A stretch of 39,769 bases of DNA from Elusimicrobiota bacterium (GCA_043813605.1 JBDRKX010000112.1:1-39769); one strand, 5' to 3'; positions 1 through 9,370 are shown, counted from the stretch's first letter. The notes: a model not told the origin generated them from the sequence alone. Numbers and translations: made by a program.

Positions 1-332
1 TTAAGTTTTTTTTTGTTTTATTTTTACTTACAGCTTATAGCTTACCACTTACAGCAAAATAAGTCATAAGCTTTAAGTTTTAAGTTTTAAGTTATAAGTT
101 TTAAGTTTTTTTTTGTTTTATTTTTTCTTACAGCTTATAGCATCACCACTTATAGCTTATTACTTACAGCTTAAAGCTTACTACTTACAGCAAAATAAGT
201 CATAAGCTTTAAGTTTTAAGTTTTTTTTTGTTTTATTTTTTCTTACAGCTTATAGCTTACTACTTATAGCTTACAGCTTACTACTTACAGCTTAAAGCTT
301 ACAGCTTAAAGCTTACCACTTACAGCTTACAG
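1..332. repeat. Mosaic array of inverted heptamer tandem repeats (CTTAnnn and TAAGnnn arms) in three higher-order units; truncated by the window start
   Basis: CTTA(CAG/TAG/AAG/CCA/CTA) runs at 27-54 (4 units), 127-190 (9, one of them an 8-nt variant) and 242-332 (13). TAAG(TCA/CTT/TTT/TTA) runs at 60-105 and 196-220. A conserved spacer T9-G-T4-A-T5/6 occurs three times and the junction CTTACAG-CAAAA-TAAGTCA-TAAGCTT twice. Confidence 0.95.
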
Positions 333-1421
333 CTATATTATCCTTGCAACCTTCATCATCATAATGCTTATCATAAGGAATATGAGGTTTGCCGCCCAGG
401 CTCCCAGCATAGGTGAAAGTATCGCGCTTGCGCCGAGAGCTCTTCCGACAGATATTGTTCCCCAGTAGATAAAACATATTACTATAGAAATAAAGAATCC
501 CGTTACCCTGCTCCTTAATCCTCCCCAGAGGGCGATAGGGATACCCAGTATCAGGATTATGGTGTTTGAAAAAGGAAAGGATATCTTATAGTGAAGAAGC
601 ACTCTTTCCTTAACAGTGGAGAACCCGCTGTTTTTCAGCCGTTCTATATACTTGAATAATGTCAGGAAATCCATCTGTTCCGGGGATTTTACCGGTTTAC
701 TGAAGTTAACCGGTTTTTCACCCAGGTCCATGGTCTTTTCATCGAGTTCACGATAATCCATATCTCCTTCGGCATCCTTATTGAAATCTCTTATTCTTAC
801 TTCAGACAGCTTCCAGGTAGTACCGGCAACATAATCCGCCCGTTTGGCTGTTAAGCGGTTTTTTTCTATAAGTGAACCCGGATGAAATTCGATTATAGTC
901 AGTCCTGATATCGAGTTGTTCTGGAACTGTCTGATCCTGAACATAGTATTTTCAGAACCCATATATGTAAAATTTGTTCTTGAGGGATCCGCTTTTCTTG
1001 GATCTTTGCCTCTGATGATAAAAAACAGCTCTTCAGCTTTCGCATTCGTATGCGGAACGACAGTCTCGTAAGTCAGGCCTGTAACTATACTCATTAATAT
1101 TGAAAAAAGTACCAGGGGCCGTATAATGTATATCAGCTTGATCCCGGAACTTTTTACGGCGGTTATTTCATGGTTCCTGTTCAATGTTCCCAGGGAAAAA
1201 AGTATTGCAAGAAGGGTTGCTACAGGTGTTATCGTAACGAACCATTCCGGGATCCTGTATAAGAAGTAGGTAGCAAGAAGTGAAAATGACGTTTTGTTTT
1301 CCAGGAATTTATGGAGGTAGTCAAAAAAATGAGTGATTGCCATGAGCATAATAAAAGCTATGAGCCCGCTTGTAAAAGGCCTGAGGAAACTCCATAGGAC
1401 ATATCGTTTGATTATTTTCAT
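333..1421 (-). CDS. lptG: LPS export ABC transporter permease, LptF/LptG (YjgP/YjgQ) family, LptG-like
   Basis: 362 aa; 3 TM + periplasmic domain + 3 TM layout; family motifs LGTLNRNHEITAVKSSGI and PMLGAWAANLIF; ATGA overlap with the upstream paralogue. Confidence 0.88.
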   Translation of the reverse strand: MKIIKRYVLWSFLRPFTSGLIAFIMLMAITHFFDYLHKFLENKTSFSLLATYFLYRIPEWFVTITPVATLLAILFSLGTLNRNHEITAVKSSGIKLIYIIRPLVLFSILMSIVTGLTYETVVPHTNAKAEELFFIIRGKDPRKADPSRTNFTYMGSENTMFRIRQFQNNSISGLTIIEFHPGSLIEKNRLTAKRADYVAGTTWKLSEVRIRDFNKDAEGDMDYRELDEKTMDLGEKPVNFSKPVKSPEQMDFLTLFKYIERLKNSGFSTVKERVLLHYKISFPFSNTIILILGIPIALWGGLRSRVTGFFISIVICFIYWGTISVGRALGASAILSPMLGAWAANLIFLMISIMMMKVARII

Positions 1422-2509
1422 TTCCCGTAACTTTTCTTAAGCATGAGGAATCCGGCTGTACCTACAATTATATTCGGCAGCCAGACGCCCAGCCATGGGA
1501 GAAATATCCTGCTGAAAGCCATCTTGAGACCGGCTACCATCAGAAAGTAATAGACAGCTATCACGACCAGGCTTAATCCTATACCGATCGTCTTACCCTT
1601 GTTCTCCGCCCTTATACCCAATGGAATACCGATAAGAAGGAGAACCGGGATCGCGCCGGCCAGTGAACTTCTTAAGTAATAACGGGCTTCAATGTTATGC
1701 GCGGGCAGGCCTTTACTGCGGAGTCTTTTTATTTCATCTTTCAATTCAGAAGCTGTCATGGTTTCTATGCTCTTGCCGTGGCCGGTGACATTTTTAGATG
1801 ACTTGATTATTATCCTGTAATTTTTAAAATCGATATTGCTCATCTTTTCCGGGTGCTCATCCGGCTGATGTCGGATCGTTCCGTTATACAGGTTCATTAC
1901 AAGTTCTCCATCATTGCCGGTGAGCCATTTCCCGCGCCTTGCATTAATGGAGACGGAAGGACCTTCATCATCTGCTTCTTTATATATGATTATTTCTTTT
2001 AACTGCCTTTTTTTATGATCAACACTCAGACATAGCAGTGTATATGGGCTTATCTCTATTAAAGTGGATTCTTCCAGCCTGAGTGCAGGGTCTTTCATCG
2101 CGATACTCAGGAATTTTTCACGGAATTTAAACTGGGAGTTAGGCGCAACAATATAATTAAAAGGTATCATCAGCGCTGCGAGGGCAATAGTTGCAGCAAG
2201 GACAGGGATTACAATAGGTTTAAGAGTGCTGCCTGAAGTCCTTATAACAGTTATCTCACCATCTGAAGCCATCTTGCCGAAGGAGAGGATGGCCCCCGAG
2301 AGTATCCCCATCGGCATTGATAAAACAAGTATGGTCGGAAGCGAATAGATAACAAGCATGAGAGCAGACCCGATATCAAGCCCTTTGTTTATAAGAAGGT
2401 TTATTATCTGGAAGATCTTATCCATTAAAAGTATAAAAACGAAGAGCATAAGGCTCAATGCCGTATGTGAAAAAAACTGTTTTAAAATATATCCGGTAAA
2501 AATTTTCAT
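1418..2509 (-). CDS. lptF: LPS export ABC transporter permease, LptF/LptG family, LptF-like
   Basis: 363 aa; FGKMASDGEITVIRTSG, LIGIPLG and GVWLPNII motifs; tandem with lptG. Confidence 0.88.
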   Translation of the reverse strand: MKIFTGYILKQFFSHTALSLMLFVFILLMDKIFQIINLLINKGLDIGSALMLVIYSLPTILVLSMPMGILSGAILSFGKMASDGEITVIRTSGSTLKPIVIPVLAATIALAALMIPFNYIVAPNSQFKFREKFLSIAMKDPALRLEESTLIEISPYTLLCLSVDHKKRQLKEIIIYKEADDEGPSVSINARRGKWLTGNDGELVMNLYNGTIRHQPDEHPEKMSNIDFKNYRIIIKSSKNVTGHGKSIETMTASELKDEIKRLRSKGLPAHNIEARYYLRSSLAGAIPVLLLIGIPLGIRAENKGKTIGIGLSLVVIAVYYFLMVAGLKMAFSRIFLPWLGVWLPNIIVGTAGFLMLKKSYGK

Positions 2510-2539
2510 GATAGTAATACTTTATTTTATTTTTTTCGT

Positions 2540-2573
2540 TTGATTATAACAAGTTTTTGGATTATAATTTCAA
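2540..2573. promoter_or_regulatory. Overlapping divergent sigma70-type promoters for lptFG and for the RAYT-sprA-comF operon
   Basis: Plus strand: TTGATT (2540-2545), 17 bp, TATAAT (2563-2568). Minus strand: extended TGnTATAAT (2551-2543) with TTGAAA (2573-2568) 19 bp upstream. GATTATAA is directly repeated at 2542 and 2560. Confidence 0.55.
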
Positions 2574-2619
2574 AAGGGACGGTTTTGAATTTTCAGTATT
2601 TATATTAAAAAATCAGATA

Positions 2620-3573
2620 ATGCCAAGAAAAGCGAGAGTAGAATACAGGGGCGGATTGTTCCATATAATAAACCGGGGAAATGCCGGGATGGAGATCTGC
2701 CGGGATGAAAGCGATTTTGACAGATTCACCGATTACCTCTCTGTGACACAGGAGGGCTATCCCTTTGTCTGTTATGCATACGCCATTCTGCCCGATCATT
2801 TTCATCTGCTTCTGGAAAGGCTCGATGATCCGTTATCGGGTTTGATGAAATCCCTTCTGAGAAGATACGCGTTATATTTCAATAGGAAATATTGCAGGAA
2901 AGGGCATATCTTCAACGGCCGCTATTATTCGGTGTTATGCCAGAAAGAGGAATACCTGTTAAAGCTGATCAGGTATATCCATTTCAGCCCGGTAAGAGCA
3001 GGTCTTTGCTTAAAACCAGGTGAATGGAGATGGTCGAGTCAGGGGGTGTACAAGGGAAGGGAAAACCCGATGAACATAGATAAAACTGCACCTTTGAAAA
3101 TACTGGGCGGCAGCAGGATAAGTGCAGCAGTCAGATTCGAAAAATTCATGTCAGAGGATTGCCGGAAAAACAGTGATATCGAACTTAATCCTTCGGAAGG
3201 ACTTCCTTTTCTCGGGAGCAGGGAGTTTATAAAAGATGCCATTGAAAAAACAATAGAGAAGAGAAGAAAATCAAAGCATGATAAGATGATATCTCTCGAA
3301 ACACTTTCTTCCATTATATGTTCAATATATAATGCCGATCTATCGCTGCTGGCGGTAAAGGGCGGTGATAGAAATGTTTCAAAAGCAAGAGCTATGATCT
3401 CCTATAGTGCATGTAAGCACTTCGATTACAGGGTATCGGATGTAGCAAGATATCTGAAAAAAGATCCGTCAGCAGTTACCCACAGTATTATGAAAACGAA
3501 AAAGAACGGCGGGTTGAAAGAAGCAGAGGAAATAAAGAAAATCCTCGAGGACCGGAAATTATTGTTGCTATGA
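2620..3573 (+). CDS. REP-associated tyrosine transposase (RAYT / Y1 HUH endonuclease) with C-terminal DnaA-C-like helix-turn-helix domain
   Basis: N-terminus MPRKARVEYRGGLFHIINRGN; HUH motif PDHFHLL; GHIFNGRY; catalytic Tyr helix RYIHFSPVRAG; WRWSS; C-terminal SKARAMISY...VSDVARYLKKDPSAVTH. ATG 2620 is preferred over the TTG 2557 of the ORF track because it matches the family N-terminus. Confidence 0.88.
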   Translation: MPRKARVEYRGGLFHIINRGNAGMEICRDESDFDRFTDYLSVTQEGYPFVCYAYAILPDHFHLLLERLDDPLSGLMKSLLRRYALYFNRKYCRKGHIFNGRYYSVLCQKEEYLLKLIRYIHFSPVRAGLCLKPGEWRWSSQGVYKGRENPMNIDKTAPLKILGGSRISAAVRFEKFMSEDCRKNSDIELNPSEGLPFLGSREFIKDAIEKTIEKRRKSKHDKMISLETLSSIICSIYNADLSLLAVKGGDRNVSKARAMISYSACKHFDYRVSDVARYLKKDPSAVTHSIMKTKKNGGLKEAEEIKKILEDRKLLLL

Positions 3574-6500
3574 AAAAAGCCGCGCTATTATCTTTATCTG
3601 TTTTATTCTGCTGTTTCCGGCCGGCGGCCGCGGCTGATCTTCATCTGATCGATGCTTCCGAGATGAATGCTTTCGAAACAGGACGGTCTACTTATGCGAC
3701 TATTACGGAAGAGTTTGAAGAATTCTCTGAAGACGGTGAATGGCTGGAATACGATAAACCTCTATGGAAATCCATAAAGGGACAGAAAGAAGACGGCTTT
3801 TTCGAAGTGCCGTATGTTGACATGTCGGATTTCGATGAACATAAATCTACGACAACCGGCCGGTATGCTGATATGTATCTTCCTCCTGCCCAGGTCGAAC
3901 TTCCCTATCAGACAAGATTGAGTATTTCCGGAAATAAATCGATCTCTATCAGATACGGCAATGTATATTATTTCGGCGACGAGGATGAACGTACCGTCAA
4001 GGGTACACCGGCTGGAACTACAAAAGGTTTCGAGATGGAACAGGAACTGAAAGTAAGGATCAAGGGGAATGTCGGGGAAAAGATAACAGTTAATGTCGAT
4101 TATGATGATACTAAACCGGTATATGACGAAAATGCCCGTAAGATATCTATTTTGTATAAAGGAGATGAAGAAGAGGTCGTACAGGAGGCCGCATTCGGAG
4201 ATATTACACTGAGTATTCCTTCTACCAAATTTGTGGGTTATTCAAAGAAAGTATTTGGAGCAAGCGTTAAAGGGAAGTACAAGGATTTCAGTTTTATGGC
4301 CATCGGTTCACAGACAAAAGGGAAAACGGAAGAAAAAGAATTTATGGGACAGACAACATTTTCCAAAAAGGACATAAAAGACATTTCGTACATGAGAAGG
4401 AAATATTACAGCATCGATCTGGGCACCCAGTCAACACATCTGCCTATAGAAGCCGGGAGCGTGAATATATATATCGATGATCAGGACATATCGAATATAG
4501 TTGAAAACAATGAGTCGACTATGACTGTGACATATTTCGGTTCTACGCAGACTTATACGGGATATTTTTACAAGCTTGTAGCCGGAAGAGATTTTTACGT
4601 GGATCACATTAACGGTATATTGACTTTCAATGAGACTATTCAGTCGAATTATGTGACTGCTGTTGAATATAAATATAACAGTAACAGCAGTGAAATAGGC
4701 GGCAGCTCCGGATACCCGGTCATAATAAAAGATGAAACAGAAACACTCAACTACGAATTGAAAAACAGGTACAGTCTGGGTGCCAGGAAGATCATGAGGG
4801 ATGATTTTGTGATAAAGTTCCTTGATCTCAGCAGAAATGAAGTAGAATTGCCTGCCGGGTCTTATCTGATAGATTATGAATTGGGTTATCTTAATTTTAC
4901 CGGTAAGACACCTTTCTATGATTCCACAAAGACAGCGGGGTACGGGAACGGAGGTTACCCGGATACATATAATAAAAACAATCCTCAGCATCATTACATC
5001 ATATATGTCGAGTACAAGGAAAAAGTCAAAAGTTATTTTCTGCGGCCCAATATAGTCAGGGGAAGTGATAGAATCCTCCTTGACAATACAGCGCTTGTCA
5101 GGGACCGCGACTATATTCTTGATTATCCGTCCGGTTTTCTGACATTCCTGAATGAAGAAAAAATAAATGAAACGACAAAGATAGAAGTGACATATGAATA
5201 TATGCCGTTCGGCGGGCTTTTCAAGGAGACACTGGTAGGATTAAGGGGCGAATATGATTTTAGCAGTAATTTCTCTGCAGGCAGTACCCTGCTTTATAAC
5301 TGGGCATCGGCTCCCCTTGAAATACCCACTGTACATTCTACTCCGGTAAGCACGCTTATACTTGAGACGGATGCGACCTGGAAGATACCGGAATCCAGGT
5401 ATTTCCCTCTGCCGACTTCCGTAAACGGAGAGGTTGCACAGAGTATATATAATCCTAACACACTGGGAAAAGCCATGATAGATAATATGGAAGGTGTCAG
5501 GGAATCATATTCCGTTCCGACTGTTGCTGATAACTGGCGTATTGCCGTTACACCTTCCGGTATGGCCGCTGATCCGGGCTGGATAACGCTCTCGGAAGAG
5601 GATGTCTATATGAGCGATATAAACAACAAAGTGTCGGAAACCGATGACGAGAAAAAGAATGTGCTTGATATATCATATAATCTTCCTTCCGGCAGCGTGC
5701 GTGAAAGGTCAGTAGTATATGCTATTTCGAAAGACGGCCTTGATTTCAGCGAAAAAGATACAATCCAGATGTGGCTCTACGGCGACGGGAAAGGCGCTGA
5801 GATACAGATAGATTTCGGAAGCATATCGGAAGATGTTGACGGGTCGGGTAAGATGAAGTCTGAAGATATAAACACGAATGGAACTCTTGACCGGGGAGAG
5901 GATGTCGGATGGAGTTATTTATACAACGGTTCTACATATCCGATCGGGGCCGCGAACGGTGAAATAGATACTAATGATCTTGACGGGGACGGATATCTCG
6001 ATACGATTCAGAACTACAAAAGCTTTGACAGTGTTATATGCACGGATCTGGATGTTGATTGGACGGGATGGAAGAACGTCACTATTGAACGTGATAAGGC
6101 GGGAGGTACTGATGCTGACTGGAGTGCCGTGAAACATGTCAGGATAACCGTAAAAGGAACAGGTATCTCCGGCACAATAGGCCTGGCGGCCCTGGAAGTT
6201 GTGGGAAACAAGTGGGAGGTAGGCCAGGGGACGTCTACGCTCAGTGTCAATGCGGTTAATAATTATGACAATGATGAATACATCTCGCCCCGGGATACAG
6301 ATATGTACGATGAGATATATAAAAAGGTCGGCGGTAACAGTTCTGAGAAGGAACAGGCGCTTGAACTTGCGTATTCAGAGTTAAAAGACGGGACCACGGT
6401 ATATGCTTATTACAAGTATTCCCAGGCGGTCGATCTATCTCATCATAACAAGCTGAGTTTCCTTCTTTACGGAGGAGGTGAGGGAGTGGATTTTATCATC

Positions 6501-8669
6501 AGCATGGGTTCGGGAGACAGTTTTTTTACGAAGAAAATAAGAGATGATTTCATCGGCTGGAGGAAGTTCACTTTTGACATGCCTTCAGGCTTCGAAAAGA
6601 CAGGGAGCCCGAGTTTGTCCAATATCATGGAGATAAGACTTAGTATTGCTAATGACACCGGTATTGATAAATCCGGAAAACTATGGGTAAACGAGATATA
6701 TGTAGAAGACCCGGAAAAACGCATCGGCCATGCATGGAGGGGCAGTTTTTCATCTTCACTTCCAGGCATATTGAGTTTCGGCGGTGATTACCAGACGGTC
6801 GACAGGGATTTTCAGACAATAACCACCACGCCTAAGAACCAGGATAATACAACTTATTCGGCAAATGCCAAACTTACCGCTTTGAAATATCTGCCTGTAA
6901 CCGGTAGTTATTCCGAGAGCAACATCACTACGCCGCCCGATAGGATAACCCCCAGCCAGAGGAATTCTTACCTGAGGGAAGAAGATGCGGGAGAAGTCAC
7001 AAAGAAGACCGGTAAAGTAGGGGCGACTTTCAGCATGAGGCGGCTTCCTACAGTAAAAGGGGATTATACCAGGAGTACAGACGATTCAAATTTTACAGGT
7101 AAGAACGAGACATCAGAAACTGTAAATGGAAGTGCATCCTATTCAGTACCGCTGAAATTCTATATTATCCCCAGAACAGTAGGAGGTTCCTACAGGAAGA
7201 CAGACTCATATACAAGATGGAAGGACTACAGGCGCACAGAAAATCCGGACGGCGGATACGAAAATACAGATGATGAAACTCTTGAATATTCAGGTAATAC
7301 GGATATCCAGGTATTCAGTTTTCTTATACTTAAACCGAGGTATTCGAAAAACGAAAAATATAAAACACGTCACTATTACAGCGGCCAGTATAAGTATGAG
7401 CAAAAGAAAGATCCCTGGTCAATGGATCAGGATGTCTCTGTTGACTCGCAGATGACGATCATGAAATGGCTCAGGCCGAATGCGTCGTATTCCATTAAGA
7501 CCAATGAAGACTATGATTACTCTACATCAGGAAATTTGACCTTTCTTTCCGGGACAAAAGATATAGGCAGGAATTTTAGTTTTAAGGCCGGGGTAGGTCT
7601 TCCTGTGACGAATGTTTTGCCTTGGATAGAACCGGTAAAGACACTTAATCTTAATGCCAATATCGGTCTTGAAAAGGGGGAAACATATCAGGACGTTGAA
7701 AATGATTTTTATATTTTCGACAAACTTGACCAGAATTACGAGTTGGAGTTTTCATCACCATCTGCAGGACTTACTGCACTAAGCAGCAGGAAATCCGAAA
7801 AATATACCGCAAACTGGAGTCCTTTCAATTTTCTCAATCTGGATAAAGGGCTGCTCGCTATGATAGGCGGCCTCTCATCAAGATCATCATATGACCACAT
7901 AGATTCCAGGAAAGAGATAACCGGTACTGTCTTTGATACTATTACGGAAGTATGGCCTGATATCAAGATCGATTATGGGAAAGTCGAGAGGATCCCTTAT
8001 ACAAAGAGCGTATTCACCGAAATAAGGCTGCGTACGGATTATAGTTTCAAGAAAATGATCTCTTATTCAAATTCAGCGGGTGTTGACAGGGACCTGGGTG
8101 TGGATTACGGTGCGAACTGCAGGTTTCTCATGTTCAAGAAGTTCGATTCTCTTTTCGAGCACAACAGGAACTGGGAGAAGAAGATTGACCTCAAGGAAGA
8201 ACACTGGATTACGTACCAGAACAGCCTCGCATACAGCGGACAGGTCAAGATCGTACTGAAAAAATACTGGAACCTCATAGCAAGGTATTCTCAAAAAAAA
8301 GTAAGGAAGATCGCTTATGAGATACAGGATCCGTTAACGGATACAAATGTGTATACTCCCAGCCTTCAATTCGATGCTATCATAGATATGCCGGCGACAA
8401 TCAGGATCCCGCTTATAGGCAAGGAACTGGCCATGATGAACAGGCTCAAGGTCACATCCACTTTGCAGGCGGAATTTTCGAGAAGCGATATCGATGTAGA
8501 TAAAACAAATACTAACAAATACCTGATGAGCACTTCCGCAGATATGGATGTTTCAAGCAATATGAGACTTAATGTGAAGTTCGGGGGGCAATATCTTGAT
8601 AACATAGTCAAGTATGAGAACGGTTATTTTTCTTTTTATGCCCAGTCTGAAATGGTTATAAGATTCTGA
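3570..8669 (+). CDS. Very large outer-membrane protein related to the T9SS translocon SprA/Sov (cell surface protein SprA-like)
   Basis: 1699 aa; Sec signal peptide; SprA-like N-terminal strands (QELKVRIKGNVGEKITVNVDYDD, YKGDEEEVVQEAAFGDITLSIP, KVFGASVKGKY); repeated L-x-x-x-x-D-Y/F-x-x-D-Y/H-x-x-G motifs; SEDINTNGTLDRGEDVG loop; amphipathic beta-strand C-terminal half; ends in Phe (BAM beta-signal). Confidence 0.72.
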   Translation: MKKAALLSLSVLFCCFRPAAAADLHLIDASEMNAFETGRSTYATITEEFEEFSEDGEWLEYDKPLWKSIKGQKEDGFFEVPYVDMSDFDEHKSTTTGRYADMYLPPAQVELPYQTRLSISGNKSISIRYGNVYYFGDEDERTVKGTPAGTTKGFEMEQELKVRIKGNVGEKITVNVDYDDTKPVYDENARKISILYKGDEEEVVQEAAFGDITLSIPSTKFVGYSKKVFGASVKGKYKDFSFMAIGSQTKGKTEEKEFMGQTTFSKKDIKDISYMRRKYYSIDLGTQSTHLPIEAGSVNIYIDDQDISNIVENNESTMTVTYFGSTQTYTGYFYKLVAGRDFYVDHINGILTFNETIQSNYVTAVEYKYNSNSSEIGGSSGYPVIIKDETETLNYELKNRYSLGARKIMRDDFVIKFLDLSRNEVELPAGSYLIDYELGYLNFTGKTPFYDSTKTAGYGNGGYPDTYNKNNPQHHYIIYVEYKEKVKSYFLRPNIVRGSDRILLDNTALVRDRDYILDYPSGFLTFLNEEKINETTKIEVTYEYMPFGGLFKETLVGLRGEYDFSSNFSAGSTLLYNWASAPLEIPTVHSTPVSTLILETDATWKIPESRYFPLPTSVNGEVAQSIYNPNTLGKAMIDNMEGVRESYSVPTVADNWRIAVTPSGMAADPGWITLSEEDVYMSDINNKVSETDDEKKNVLDISYNLPSGSVRERSVVYAISKDGLDFSEKDTIQMWLYGDGKGAEIQIDFGSISEDVDGSGKMKSEDINTNGTLDRGEDVGWSYLYNGSTYPIGAANGEIDTNDLDGDGYLDTIQNYKSFDSVICTDLDVDWTGWKNVTIERDKAGGTDADWSAVKHVRITVKGTGISGTIGLAALEVVGNKWEVGQGTSTLSVNAVNNYDNDEYISPRDTDMYDEIYKKVGGNSSEKEQALELAYSELKDGTTVYAYYKYSQAVDLSHHNKLSFLLYGGGEGVDFIISMGSGDSFFTKKIRDDFIGWRKFTFDMPSGFEKTGSPSLSNIMEIRLSIANDTGIDKSGKLWVNEIYVEDPEKRIGHAWRGSFSSSLPGILSFGGDYQTVDRDFQTITTTPKNQDNTTYSANAKLTALKYLPVTGSYSESNITTPPDRITPSQRNSYLREEDAGEVTKKTGKVGATFSMRRLPTVKGDYTRSTDDSNFTGKNETSETVNGSASYSVPLKFYIIPRTVGGSYRKTDSYTRWKDYRRTENPDGGYENTDDETLEYSGNTDIQVFSFLILKPRYSKNEKYKTRHYYSGQYKYEQKKDPWSMDQDVSVDSQMTIMKWLRPNASYSIKTNEDYDYSTSGNLTFLSGTKDIGRNFSFKAGVGLPVTNVLPWIEPVKTLNLNANIGLEKGETYQDVENDFYIFDKLDQNYELEFSSPSAGLTALSSRKSEKYTANWSPFNFLNLDKGLLAMIGGLSSRSSYDHIDSRKEITGTVFDTITEVWPDIKIDYGKVERIPYTKSVFTEIRLRTDYSFKKMISYSNSAGVDRDLGVDYGANCRFLMFKKFDSLFEHNRNWEKKIDLKEEHWITYQNSLAYSGQVKIVLKKYWNLIARYSQKKVRKIAYEIQDPLTDTNVYTPSLQFDAIIDMPATIRIPLIGKELAMMNRLKVTSTLQAEFSRSDIDVDKTNTNKYLMSTSADMDVSSNMRLNVKFGGQYLDNIVKYENGYFSFYAQSEMVIRF

Positions 8670-9370
8670 TGATTCTGCCGGCAGTTATAAACTTGCTTTT
8701 TCCGGTTAACTGCGTATCATGCGGAAACCGGATCAGGCTTAATAACCCGTACGGAGTATGCGGCGAGTGCATTGGAAAGCTTTCTCTGACCAATTCCCGT
8801 TCATGCCGCTACTGCGGCAGGCCTGTCAGGACGCTGGAAGGCTACTGTACAGTTTGCAGCGCTAAGAAATCACAAATAAATAATTTCTATACTATAGGTT
8901 ATTATGAGGATATAATAAAAATATTAATAAGTAACTTTAAGTATAATAACAAGAGGTACCTCGGCAGGATACTCGGTGATCTGATGTTCAATATATTCAG
9001 GAGCCGGATAATAAAAGACAATATCGAAGTGATAATACCTGTACCTTTGTCATCTGCGAGAAAAAGAGAACGCGGATATAATCAGGTTGAAATACTTGCA
9101 AGACACCTGGAAAAAAAGACCAGGATAAAATACATGGGAAACATCATAAAACGAAACCGTGATACAAACCCTCAATACAGGCTTACCAGGCGTGAAAGGT
9201 TCTCAAATCTCCAGGGCGCTTTCAGTATCTCCGGAAAACTTGAAGGGCAGGCAGTGCTTTTAATAGACGATATAGCGACTACGGGAGCCACTCTCCAGAG
9301 TATGGCCTCCTGCCTGAAGAAAGCCGGCGCCGGTAAAGTGCATGCGCTGGTATTAGCTCATGGCAGATAA
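8669..9370 (+). CDS. comF: ComF/GntX family protein (double zinc ribbon + phosphoribosyltransferase-like domain)
   Basis: Four CxxC pairs; IIPVPLS..RKRERGYNQ; LLIDDIATTGAT; TGATG overlap with the upstream gene. Confidence 0.93.
   Translation: MILPAVINLLFPVNCVSCGNRIRLNNPYGVCGECIGKLSLTNSRSCRYCGRPVRTLEGYCTVCSAKKSQINNFYTIGYYEDIIKILISNFKYNNKRYLGRILGDLMFNIFRSRIIKDNIEVIIPVPLSSARKRERGYNQVEILARHLEKKTRIKYMGNIIKRNRDTNPQYRLTRRERFSNLQGAFSISGKLEGQAVLLIDDIATTGATLQSMASCLKKAGAGKVHALVLAHGR

Noticed and set aside
1..332. Possible CRISPR array
   Set aside because: No unique spacers; the variable parts are themselves heptamer repeats and no cas genes are in the window.
2557..2619. TTG-initiated N-terminal extension of the RAYT ORF
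   Set aside because: It overlaps the predicted -10 box; the family N-terminus MPRxxR begins at ATG 2620.
2620..3573. Active IS200/IS605 insertion sequence
   Set aside because: No tnpB and no subterminal hairpins were recognised, and the gene overlaps its downstream neighbour; motifs fit RAYT rather than IS200 TnpA.
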